A stretch of 60,260 bases of DNA from Catajapyx aquilonaris (taxonomy: Eukaryota). Positions within the stretch are counted from its first letter, which is position 1. Every line of letters starts with the position of its first letter. The stretch lies in contig JYFJ02002270.1 in the NCBI GenBank assembly GCA_000934665.2, positions 1 through 60,260 of the forward strand, read 5' to 3'. The position numbers were made by a program, and so were the translations under genes. Positions 13,293-39,595 of this stretch are shown here, one piece after another. The notes under the pieces are model-generated. The model was not told the origin of the DNA, did not search any database, and saw only the letters and a program-made list of their open reading frames with translations.

Positions 13293-16161
13293 ATGGGCAA
13301 ATGGAAAACAGGCTTGCGATTGGTGCAGGCAAAGCTACTTCGGTTGGGCAGGGTCAGCACAGGAAGCAGAAGAAAGGATTATTCCACAGACACTTCTTGC
13401 GAGATCATGGAAGTGACGTCGGCCTTCATCGCCAGTCTTTCTCGCCTCAAAGTCAATGGCAAGTCCAAAAAACGTAAGTGAACATTTTTATTTCAGTGTA
13501 GCTCACGTATCATGTAAATTGGCACTTGATCGCACCTGCTGCACGTACAGTATTGCCGCATGGACTGATTTGAGCCTCTGCAATTGCATATGTTCACGTG
13601 CAGTAGATGAAGTCCGTGACTGGAAATAGAACAGTGTGTGATAAGCTCCCGGCTTGTTAAAGCGATAGTTATCGGTGTGACAGAAAAAAAAATTAAATTC
13701 CCTGCAGTAAGAGTGGAGCCAATTTTGTAGTAACCTATCAGACACAGAGTACTGTATATACTCGTAAACTGCAAGCTGATAACTTCCACCTCTCTTTTCT
13801 CTGAGAGCCATAGTGTTAAGATAATATGAAAAGCAATGCAAACAATTCTATAGGCGGAATTGTGCGTATTTTGTACATCTTCCACAGAGTTTAATATGAC
13901 GGAAAATTTTAAAAGTTAACATTTTGATTAAACCTTATTTAACTCATCATACTATATGTACAGTACGTATATGCCTACAGTAGTTGAACTGTGATTTTTC
14001 GCACGGAAAATGAGCACGAATTTAGCGAGATTTTTTAGCCATGTCACTCTTGTCTTTCCCGGCTATCATGACCAATTACAGCTCTCTTAGCACTCGTGTA
14101 GGCTACCCTCTGGAAATGTTGCTTTGTGTGTATGGGTAGACAATGCCGACCTTTGTGACTTACCAGGTCATGACCTCAAACAGGTTTTCTCTATCCCTGC
14201 TACAGCAGCTATAATGCCATAGAACTGTAACTGTTTTTGTTTTCAAATGAAAAGGGTGGGATACTCTGGTCAAAAATGGGGCCTGGGGGGATTGTCGGTT
14301 TTAGTGGGGGTCACTTGGTTTCTCAAATGAGAATGATAATTCGGCCGCCTTTTACAGTGTGGTAGCATATTCGTACTGTACCTACATGATGTATACATAA
14401 TATGTCTATCTCTTTTTCAGATGCAGGCATTAAAGTTGCTGTTGGCAAGAGAAATGTGCCTTTGACCAAGACGATTCCATCTGTTATGAACGCGCATGTG
14501 GGTGTCACAAAAATCATGCTGTATACCATTTCCTTGGCAGAAATTTTGATCTCGTGTAATTGCAGACACCACGAGTGACGTTGAAGATAGAAGTGGGCTA
14601 CAAAGAGCACTCCCACATAATAGGACTTGGTGGAAGGGTCATTCAGGAAGTAATGGACAAAACCGGCTGCAAGATCCATTTCCCGGATTGCAATCGAATG
14701 AACGTGATGGAAAAGAGCAACCAGGTTTTCATCTATGGAGGAATTGATGCTGTGGAAAGTGCTAGGGCTCGTGTCAGGGTATGTTCACAAAACGATTGTG
14801 TTGTGCTTTATGCTGATTGTTATTACTTATACCTTTCAGGAGTTGAGTCCACTGAACATTTTCTTCGAGATGCCTCATGTGAATAAGCTGCGGCCATTTC
14901 CTGATCCGAAGAGTTTAATCGTCACTCAAGTTGAGAAAAGCTTCAATGTGCAGGTATGTAGTAAAATCTTTTGGAAAGGTTGCAGAGATATTTTGTGGCA
15001 ACTATGCTGCTGGCCATCGCAGTCATGTAGCCCAAAAAAGTCTCTGCGGTTTTAGTGGGGAAAGTTTGAGAGAAAATTGGGAAGATTTCTAAGTCTGCTC
15101 GGTAATTTTTCAGAGAAGAGTAGCTCATATTCCAAACAATATTCAGGATAATAAAGGTCCATAATCATAGTCAAATAAATATTGGGTCAGACTGCAATTC
15201 AACCACACATTGTACATATTGACTGTTCTATAGCTGATTTTAGCATAAATACGAGTTTCACTATAGTCCAGTGCCAGTTAATTAGCACATCCTTTTTTTA
15301 TAGGTGACCTTTCCAAAGTGGGGTCAGATGAAAGGCATGTGTGTGTCAGTGAAGGGCTATGAAGAGCAATTCGAAGATGTGGAGACTGCTGCTATGATCC
15401 TAATGGACTACTACTGTGCAGGTGCCACTGTATGTCATTGCACATTTTTCCATTGTTTTGCGACACTAACAAAACCTCCTTGAACTCAACAGAGCACCGT
15501 CCTGATGCGAAACACAATGGAAATTTCACCACGTCATCAGTCTGCTGATTTGCTACAAGCCATTATGAATGGGACCAACACCCAGATCATGGTACTTGAT
15601 GCTACTGACCCAAGTGTCTCTGCACTACAGAAGAACAACGTCACCATCGCTGGAGGGTTGAAAAATGTGCATGCTGCTCGCCAGCAACTCATTGTAAGTT
15701 GAAGGACATTATATTTTTGTGCTTGTGTGTGTATGAAAGTGAGCAAAATTAAGTCAGGTTGTTTTAAATTTGAAAGTGTGAGTGACTGTCAATTTTTAAT
15801 GTAAATGCATGGGAACTTTTGTAACTTGAAAAAGTCACTTGTAGTGCAAATTATATTGTTGTATTTTTCTCAGGGCTCTCTACCGGTGGGGCTGATGTTT
15901 GATGTCCACAAAGTGGGAAAAGCAGATATGTTAACACGTACCAAACTGCTGGAGAATTTTCTGGGTGTGAAGATCAAGGTACAGACAAGAAACGAGCAAT
16001 CTGTGTCTGTGTTCATCGAAGGGACAGAGAGGAACATCTCCAAGGTTTACGAAGCTGGAAGGCAGATACTGGGAATCACTGGGGGGCCTCCAGTACAGGT
16101 CAAGATTCCAGAAGAGTACAGGATTCCTCCTGCGATGCCTTTGTATGGGCTCTGGAATTAG
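13293..16161 (+). CDS. Bicaudal-C-like KH-domain RNA-binding protein (KH region only; no SAM domain seen). Approx. exons 13293-13473, 14421-14497, 14566-14778, 14840-14953, 15304-15429, 15493-15693, 15873-16161
   Basis: RVTLKIEVGYKEHSHIIGLGG..TGCKIHFPDCNR..EKSNQV..VESARARVRELSPL and MEISPRH..TQIM..DPS..KNNVTIAG..VHAARQQLIGSLPVGLMFD follow the recalled BicC KH region. Start codon and first two exons are less certain. Confidence 0.8.
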
Positions 16162-16234
16162 GAAATGCAAAATTTTCCAACGTGGAGAATTAATTGGGGC
16201 ATTGCTGATGGTCAAGCCAAATGTTGGTATAGGC

Positions 16235-16329
16235 TCATTTGAATGTAATATATATTTGGAAAGAAAAATATTTAATAGTCCTATTAAATATTTTCTTTCC
16301 AAATATACTCGTATATCACATTCAAATGA
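16235..16329. repeat. Imperfect inverted repeat (~45-bp arms, 2-nt loop) downstream of the BicC-like stop
   Basis: tcatttgaatgt..tatttggaaagaaaaatatttaatag followed by ctattaaatattttctttccaaatata..acattcaaatga. Confidence 0.8.
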
Positions 16330-16339
16330 CTAGTGCTCG

Positions 16340-16590
16340 CTAGCAGTTTTTTTTGTTTCATCTAAATTAGCTTTAATTCCACATTTTTGTAATATCTATT
16401 TGGAAATGTATTCGGAAAGAACAATATTTGTTAGCACTAGTAGTTTGTTTCGTGCTAATTAGCTTTAAGTGCACATTTTTTGTGATACATATTTGGAAAG
16501 AGCAAGATTTTTAGCATTAGTATTGTAGTTAGCTTCTTTTTTCAAATTCTCTTTAAGTGCACATGTTTGTGATATGTAAATTGGAAAGAA
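16340..16590. repeat. Degenerate ~90-bp tandem repeat, 3 copies
   Basis: Core aattagctttaagtgcacatttttgtgata..atttggaaag recurs with variation near 16365, 16457 and 16545. Confidence 0.7.
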
Positions 16591-17681
16591 ATCGATGGTA
16601 CTACTAGTTTAGGGACACAGTGAGATTGGGTGGGTTGGGATAGCAATAATTGGAAAGTACCTGTTTTGTTGTAAATTGCATGCATTTTAATAGTATAAGG
16701 TGTTTCTTACTATAGCTCGTCTAGAGCTGGAGTAGCTCATATTTATAATCTTTGGTCTGGAATCATGTGTGGATAAACATTTTTATCAGACCTAAACTGG
16801 TTGCATAATTATTATCAATCTCTTAAAAATTATAAAGCAAGATTCAGCAGATTCAGAAACTATAACTGTAAGGGCAAAAGCAGACAAAACAAAGGCAAAG
16901 CACGAAAGTTTTCCAGGAAACTATATGTGTTGGGACGGATAAAGTGATACTTTCATATCCAAATCATCACATACTTAACTATAACACATATTAACTAGCT
17001 ACTTATGAGATAATGAACTATAGAATCTGAATGATCACTGTCGTAAATCATTGGTGTTGTCCAGAAGTCACCATTATTTTTTGGATGTAACAATTATAGC
17101 GAATTTCATTGCAGCATGTGTTGTAAGGGGATTCAGTAAGTTGCGCAAAACTAAAATGAGTGTCAGCTGACCTGTCAATTACAGTACCCATTAATATCAT
17201 TCTCACCAAGCTGCTTCTATACGCAGTCAAAAGTTGAAATATGAAAATTAAGTCTCCCTGTTCAGTGACTAATATTATTCTAGTGTGTTTTGTAACAGTT
17301 TTGTATGCGGAAATAAATAGCCTACTTACTGGCAATATCATAAAATAATTACTGTGTGTAGACGACTAAATGAATTTTTAAAAAAAATTCTAGATGTCGC
17401 CTTGATCCTGGAAGGCAGGCTGGCTTCTTGTGTTTTCATGATGGATCAACAGATGTCAGTGCAGTAAGTATTGAGAGCAGCGCCATCCGCCAAGAAGACG
17501 GTAGCAAAAGGAACTCGATGCCAAGCACACGCAGCAGATCTCCCGAGGGCTGGTGTAGGAAGCATCGTTCTCTTCCGTCGTGTTCGTGTCGTCCGGCGTA
17601 CGCAGGCACCGGTACACAGCCGATAGAGGCAGGTCCTGCCTCCAGTGCCGATACCCAGCCTAGCCACAGTCACTGCACTCG

Positions 17682-32729
<15,048 letters not shown>

Positions 32730-33078
32730 ATCAATCTCGCTCTTTAGCAATATATGGAGAAAACATTTATTCCGCATACTGAGAATACAGAACTACCCTC
32801 TTTTTATTCAAGTGACTTTAATTTGATACTGTTCATTTTAGACCCAGATTTCCATTCCAGTCATTATCCTTAAGGTTTGTAATCCAGGTCTCACTCACCC
32901 AACCTACACTATGAATTGACATGTTAACATGCACATATCCACAACAAACTGGGAGATAGGAGTATTTTGTACTTTAATTTCAGCTGTTTTACACGTGATA
33001 ACAAATTATCTTCGTTTATTTTTCAATCCAGCATGAGTTGTCAAATATGCTGGTCCTCTTGGTTCACTTTTCAATATA

Positions 33079-33352
33079 CAGTTGAATCAGGATGTAACAG
33101 ACTTCAAGGGACAGCGGAAATCAGTCTGTTATAACTCGAGTAAGAATTGTTAGGTAAATGCTTATTTAGTTCCTGAACAGTTTAGATGGTTTTGTGACGA
33201 GATCTATCCGTTTCATAAGTGCAGGATGTGGAAAATGTAGGTCGGGACTCTAGTTATAACCAAGGTCTCGTCTGTTATAGCTGAATACACAAACCATATA
33301 TGGAAATATGCCAGGTCTGGCCTTTCGAGTCTGTTATATCTGGATTCAACTG
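33079..33352. mobile_element. Tc1/mariner-pogo-type MITE between the convergent DDX46 and NAF1 3' ends
   Basis: TA|CAGTTGAATCAGGATGTAACAGAC ... GTCTGTTATATCTGGATTCAACTG|TA: ~24-bp TIRs with CAGT termini and TA duplication. Confidence 0.8.
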
Positions 33353-33712
33353 TACAACAATGACATGTACAGGGTTTCTCTTCCCAAGTTGACGATCTGA
33401 AGAGAGGGGAGACTGGGGTTAGTCACTCCCCCGTCCCTTCCACAAATTGTCAACAGGCAGATTTTTAAGTATCTTACCCCTCGCAAGAAGTTGGAAAAGT
33501 ATCTTGCAGTAAGGGAAAGCCACACTGCATGCCATAACTATAACTACGGACAAGTGACTTCTTCACACCACAGTTGTATGAAATACCCATGGTGCTCGTG
33601 TATTGCAGTACGTGTCTGAGAGGTAGAGAAAGCAAGAATATATTGCTCTTCATTACAGTTTCCTTGCCTGCGTAGGAGAAGAGTAATTGCAGGTTGCACA
33701 CATGCAAATAAT

Positions 33713-36700
33713 TTACCCTAATGGATTTGGCAATGATCCACTTGTATCTGGGGGTTCGAAATGAGGCAGTACAGGGGGTCGGATAGGCCCAGGCATTGCC
33801 ATCATGGGTGTTTGGAAGTGAGGCATTTCAGGCAGGGGTGGCTGAAACCCAGGGAGATGGAAAGGATGTGGATGGTACCCTCCTCTAAATTGCGGGTGGA
33901 CTGGTGCTCCGTAGTTGGGTGGGAAAGGTGGGAAGTAAGCAGTGGGTTGATACACTGGAGGTTGGAAAAAAGGTGAGTTATAGTGAGTTTGGATATTAGG
34001 AGGATCGGGGCATGATGGTTGCAAACTTGGTGGTTGGGGGCTTGGTTCCCCTTGATGGTGTCCTCGAATGGAGCCCCGACCACGCCCACGGCCACGACCA
34101 CGGAATCCTCGATTTTGGGAGTGACTTGGGTCACTTGCACCTGGAAGTTGAAAATTCTGCTCAGCTGATGACACCCCATCTTTGCGACGTCCCTTTCCAT
34201 TTCTTTTAGCCATTCTCTCTTCTTCATCATCTGAGTAGTCCAGGCATGACTCTGGTGGCTCATTATCTTCTTCCCATGATGCGTCACTACCCTTCATAGC
34301 TGCCAATTGTCCCATAAACACAAATGAAGTGTGCTCAGTCCGGGGAGCATAGTACACCTCCAAACCCTTGCGTATCCCAGCTTCCTCGATGTGTTTTTCC
34401 GAATTGAATCTGAAAAGAAATGTGGAACAAATGACCAATGAATACTAGTATACAGGGTGCCCATAGTCTTATCAATCTCCGCTTGTGGATGAAGTACCTG
34501 ATTACGTATAAGGGAGCAGAGACAGGTCCAATAACTTCAAAGACCTGTCCCAAACTACGCTGGCCAGCATCAAGGAACAACACCGACTCCAAGTTGAGGG
34601 CAGGCGTGTTAGGGTTAGCTTGCACTACCACCAGTGGAGGAACAATTGAAGATACGTATCCCAGCAGAAGACATTCGGCTGTGGGAACACTGATTCTCAG
34701 ATCCTTGATGGCAGGAAGGTCTTCCACCGCCAGTTCCCCTTTGGTCCGTGGCTGTCTGCGAACATGGTGCTTAACATTTGCTTTGCTTTCTGACTTGGAT
34801 TCAGAGGAGGAATCAGATGAAGAGTCAGACGAGGTGTCCGGTATGGCAGATGCTGGAGCCTCTGAGTCAGAGGAGGCAGACGAGTCAGATTCTGAGTCTG
34901 AAGTTCCTGGTAAACGGTAATCTTGCATTCCTGTTGCAAATGAGATGCAGCTGAGTTAGACTGGCAGAATTTTATATGGACTATGCAGTATTTTTATGGC
35001 ATGCACTAGAAATAAAATCTACAATTGAATTGCCCAATAGAATTCAGGCAGAATTCAAAAATCATATTTGGAATGAATGTCAACTTGTTTGTGGAATTGT
35101 GATCAGAGATTTATCACCTACTGGGATGGCCCTTTCATGCTTATTTTGTCATTGCAGTGTCTATACTGTAACTAATTAAGTTTGGAATTTATTATTATGT
35201 ACAGTACTTCCACCATTTTCCTACCCTGATGTATTTCAGCCTTTGTTCTAGGAGTACAATTAGGTCTAAATTATTAAACTGATGAACTTGCAAAGAAATG
35301 TATTTTGAGATCCACAAAAGGCCTGTTTTACTTCAAGTAAAAAGTGTTAGGATATCACTTTGAGAAACACTACTTGAATCAAAATATTACTTATCATTCG
35401 AACCTTAACTTGTGCAACATACCTAGGGCAGATCCTTCCAGAGACAACAATGCTGTGGGAAGAACAGCATTAGCATTATGTTCGTCATCACTGGTCTCTC
35501 CGTCTGAATCTGATGACTCAGATAGGTAAGCAGAAAGATTAGCCAAAGCACCCAGAGATACTGTGGAGTTTCCCTTCTTCTTAGGTTTCTGTCTTTTTGT
35601 GCAACATGTGCCATCAGGATCTGGCTTAACCTTGGTGCTGGAAGTTGCTGGGGATGTCACTTCCACTGGATCGTCAACTGCAACATTTTCTTGATTACCA
35701 ATTGAACATGACGAGCCCTCCACAGCATTTTCTGTGGTTTCAGCAGCATTTGGTAAAACCTATGGGAAATGAAGTAATATGTAGAAGCAATATACACCTT
35801 GCAACACATTTAACTCATATGCTATAATGATCTAAATAGCCTGCATAAAGGTACCCCACATCATCCCAGCCATTCTGATATTCCTACATATTGTGGGATT
35901 TAAATGTCTGCACTCCCTAAAAATTCACTGTCTCTTTGGGCGTGCCCTGAGAGAAAATGACGCAAGAGCACCCTCCCGCAAGTATGTAGACACAGCAGTC
36001 AATAAGTTCACTGAAAACGACGCACTTACCATATCAGTTCCCAAAATCATTTCAGTGTCTTGCACAGTACTGGTGCCAAGTAAGTTTTCTTGATTTCCAC
36101 TGGAACTCACTGGAGCTTCTGCAGCATTTGGCCTCACCTGCACAAATGAAATCACCTACAGACACAATTTCAGCCATACATTATTTTAGAGGACATTCAC
36201 ACAAGGCAAGGGGGTCTACAGGGGACAAATCTATCTGATCTCAATTCAGCCAATCTTAGAACCACCCAATGAACAACTGACCCAAAGCCTGGCTCTAAGG
36301 TCGTCTCACGGATCCTGTGACTTGACCCCACATCATCCGTCCTTCCCATGCTATTATGGTCCTGCAGACTGGGCCATCTGGTGTAAATGCCCTCTTAACA
36401 CTATGGGACATTACCAGACCAAATAAATTCTGGCTACTTTATTCTTAACATGGTACGTATCGAATGGTATCATGCCAGTCTTACCATATCAGCATCCAAA
36501 ATTATTTTGGTCTCTTGCGTAGTATCGGCGTCATGCGTAGTATCGGCGTCATGCGTAGTATCGCCATCCTGCGGAGTATTGGCGCCTTGCGTAGTATTGG
36601 CGTCATGCGTAGTATTGGTGTCGTGTAATTCTTCTTCGTTGCTCCTCCTATTCCCTGGCGTTTCATCAACATTTGGTACCACCTGTGGAAATGTAATTAA

Positions 36701-37046
36701 AAGCAATCTATTGGAAGTATTATGCCATCAGTGTGCCTACCACATCGATGTCCATAGGTCTGTCCTCCTCACAGCTCTGCGTGGACTGAGGGTCATCCTC
36801 TTCGGACATGGTCACATCAGTCTCACAATGCAGGGACACAAGATGTGTCGGAGGAGCGGCTGCATCAAGACCAGGGACAAAGGCCGGCCCGTCTCCACCG
36901 CCCGACGCCGGTTCCTCCTTCCCTTCCACGACGTCCCTCCCGTTCCCCGGCACCCCGTCAGCCTGCCCTCCACCCGCAGGTGGTCCGTCCCCTGCAGCCT
37001 CCACGACCGACGCATCTCCGTCGACACACGTGCTCTCCGCCTCCAT
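33713..37046 (-). CDS. NAF1: H/ACA RNP assembly factor NAF1. Exons 37046 (or 37100)-36741, 36682-36485, 36137-36030, 35759-35423, 34930-34498, 34409-33713
   Basis: Gar1/Naf1 domain PRTKGELAVEDLP..LGYVSSIV..ALNLESVLF..LGQVFEVIGPVSAPLYVIRFNS..KGSDASWEEDNEPP..DYSDDEEE. Ser/Asp-rich N-terminal part, RG box and Pro-rich C-terminus. Confidence 0.92.
36189..36394. mobile_element. PIF/Harbinger-like MITE in a NAF1 intron
   Basis: TTA|GAGGACATTCACAC ... GTGTAAATGCCCTC|TTA: 14-bp imperfect TIR with a 3-bp TTA duplication. Confidence 0.65.
36517..36624. repeat. Coding 18-bp minisatellite x6 in NAF1 exon 2 (HDADTT-type hexapeptides)
   Basis: gcgtagtatcggcgtcat-like unit repeated six times; translates as HDTNTT HDANTT QGANTP QDGDTT HDADTT HDADTT. 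Confidence 0.9.
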
Positions 37047-37220
37047 TGTCCACAAAAGGCGGCTCGCATAATAAAGCATGTGCTCACTCCCCTCCGTCAT
37101 AGCCGTTACTGGCTAATAGCAGTTCTTTTTTCCGATGATAACGTAGCAGCTCCTCCACACTGTTACATCGTCATCTTCGTTCGTCATAATTAAATTATGC
37201 AGACATTGACCTTCAATCAA

Positions 37221-37300
37221 TAGCTGGTGGGGTAGTGTTTACCGCCACAGCCGGTGTTCCACCTCTGGGGTCCCGAGTTCGATGCCCGGGTCAGGCCTGG
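37221..37300 (+). mobile_element. tRNA-derived SINE head or degenerate tRNA-like element in the divergent promoter region
   Basis: A-box-like TGGGGTAGTG and B-box-like GAGTTCGATGCC; no clean cloverleaf; similar to 18143-18200. Confidence 0.5.
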
Positions 37301-37318
37301 ATCGGACAGAGGATACGA

Positions 37319-37326
37319 TATCGATA
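37319..37326. promoter_or_regulatory. DRE motif (TATCGATA) between divergently transcribed NAF1 and the orphan gene
   Basis: Exact TATCGATA palindrome, the DREF-binding element of insect housekeeping promoters. Confidence 0.45.
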
Positions 37327-37762
37327 TATAATATGTGGATAGAGTTTCGATGGGTTCGAAGCAACTGATTGCGAATAAATTGTTATGATTGTTATCATGT
37401 TATGATTGTATAATTAATTAATGTTATTTTATTTCCAGTTTCCATGATTGATTAGCGGTGAGTCTTCGGGATACTTCTTGAGGACTGACCAGCCTCCTCG
37501 TCTGCAGCAATAATAATTCTCTTTCTGTAAATCTGAGCCGTATTCATCAGGATGTCCAAATTGGTCCAAATGGTGCTTATCAACTGAAAACAAAATGTAT
37601 GTTGGGGACCATGTTGTTGACCCATCTCCAGTGCAACCCGCCTAAATCACCAGTAGCCATCAATGGAAAGGCCTGTTTAGTTCTAAATCCGAAAGTGGCC
37701 CTCGTCGGCCTCCAAATTGCTCTTTACACCAATTAATTACCTACCAATCAACCGGCACCACG

Positions 37763-39013
37763 ATGAGCAACCCGCCAAAGAAGGCGAAGTTGGATGTACC
37801 CGAGGAGACTTCCCAAGTGGTGAGCACGCCTTCATTGGACATGCCTTTTCCTCCATCCAAAGGTCACGGAGGGGATGACCTCCTCAGGAGGTTAGGCTTC
37901 GTCATGGAAAAGAACGCAGCCTACCTACGGGCATTTATGGTTCGTGAACTGTCTCTTATTATTAGACTCTAGACTCTAGAGGAATGCTTGGTTGTGTATG
38001 TGAAGGTACGGTACATTCTACTCCCCTGTTTGAATGTAGTCCGAGGTAGTTGAGATGCAGACAGAAATGGATGGGATGTGCCACAGCACCCACAGCCTCC
38101 TGTACGGGGGGTTCGACAACCTGGTGGAGGAGTTCTATGAGAAGACCAAGAAGTTACGCGAATACATGGAAATCACCTGGCATGACCTGTACTGCTACTC
38201 CAAGAGCTGCCAGCTGAAGGGCAAAGAGGTAAGACTGTCCAAGTTGCTGCGGACATTCCATTGCTCAGTGCTTTCATCTTTTCAGTCTACAGTGATGCTA
38301 GAGATGGCTGCCAAAATTGACGAGGCGCTCAAGAGGTGCAAACGGATGGTCCACGGCGTGTCCCACATCAAGAAAGAGCTGGAAGAGCAACAACGGGAGA
38401 AAAGGACCAGGCTCAACTTGCACATCGACCAGTTCTTCAAAAAGCGCATGATCCAGCTGCAGGCTGACCACAGTGCATGGGCCAAGGAATGGAGAGACAC
38501 CATGAAGGCCGTCAACGAGAACTACTGCAAGAAGGTCAAGACAACGCTGTCGGAGGACGTCAAGCTGGTGGGTGATCCTTCCACTTCTCACAACAGCATT
38601 GACAATATAGTTTCTTCTACCATCTTCTGCAGTTTGCTAAGGAAGTTCGCACGGACTACCGCTTCCCCAAGTCCATCCTGTTGGCGCACACCGAGACCTC
38701 CACCAAGGTGTACGATGGAGCGCATAGTGACGCCGAGAGCGTCCTTAGGAAGACCGCCAAGAGTCACTCGCGTAAGTTGCAGTCCATCTGCAAGAAGGCT
38801 TATGAGGACATCGAGAAAGGCCTCCTCAGCTTCGTGGGCGAATACAAGCTCCAGCAGCTGCAGGACCTGTATCCACTGATCCCCAAGTGGAGGAAGGTTT
38901 TTAATTTCACTTATACTATATCGGAAGATTTCTCAGACATCTTAACCCAGTACCACGACAAGCTGGGACTGGCCATCAAGGCTAGGGAACAAGCCTCACT
39001 GACAGCGGAATGA
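37763..39013 (+). CDS. Uncharacterised alpha-helical/coiled-coil protein, ~342 aa. Exons 37763-37939, 38040-38228, 38286-38567, 38633-39013
   Basis: GC3-rich coding-like sequence, three short phase-0 GT-AG introns, NLS-like PPKKAK at the N-terminus, K/E/L-rich helical composition. No family recognised. Confidence 0.7.
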
Positions 39014-39548
39014 ATTGCCGGTTGGCATCAGACAACATTCATTCTTCAGTGGAGCATCTCTCTTCAGTGTAGAGCCAATGACATTATGTAGTGACGAGGA
39101 GGAATTAAAATTGCAGATAATCATTGCAGTGTTTTCTGCTGAATGTACAATATTTTGTTGTATTGACATATCCACTAAAGGCTAAAACATTTAGTCTATT
39201 TTTACTTTATGGTTGTAGAGAGTGGGTAGATGAAAAATGTTGACACTAAATATTCTGCTAAGCCACGAGGGTTTCAGGAAGAACCACACCCAAATCGAAA
39301 TATTGTCCCAAACATTTCATTCTGAACCTCCGAAAAATATAGTTATTAGCAGCGAATATTGATGACATAATGACATATTTTTCTAAGTCAGATGAACTAA
39401 CAGAAGGAATGTGTCACGGAGCCAATACATCATTTGCAATTTACTGTTCCATTTATCATAAAAAATCGTATTATTCCGGGCACGAAAGAACTAATAATTT
39501 CTTGTCCCCACATTTCACACGAAAAGTGTCACCCTTGTCACAATGAGG

Positions 39549-39555
39549 TATAAAA
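39549..39555 (+). promoter_or_regulatory. Candidate TATA box of the IR gene at 39596
   Basis: TATAAAA about 30 bp before an Inr-like CCAGTC and 47 bp before the ATG. Confidence 0.5.
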
Positions 39556-39595
39556 TACCGTTCGGAATGGCGAATGGTATCCAGTCGTGTGAACA

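Noticed and set aside
36517..36624. Regular short repeats considered as a CRISPR-like array
   Set aside because: Head-to-tail 18-bp units with no spacers, inside a eukaryotic coding exon.
37221..37300. Possible tRNA gene
   Set aside because: A/B-box-like motifs are present but no consistent cloverleaf could be drawn; kept only as SINE-like.
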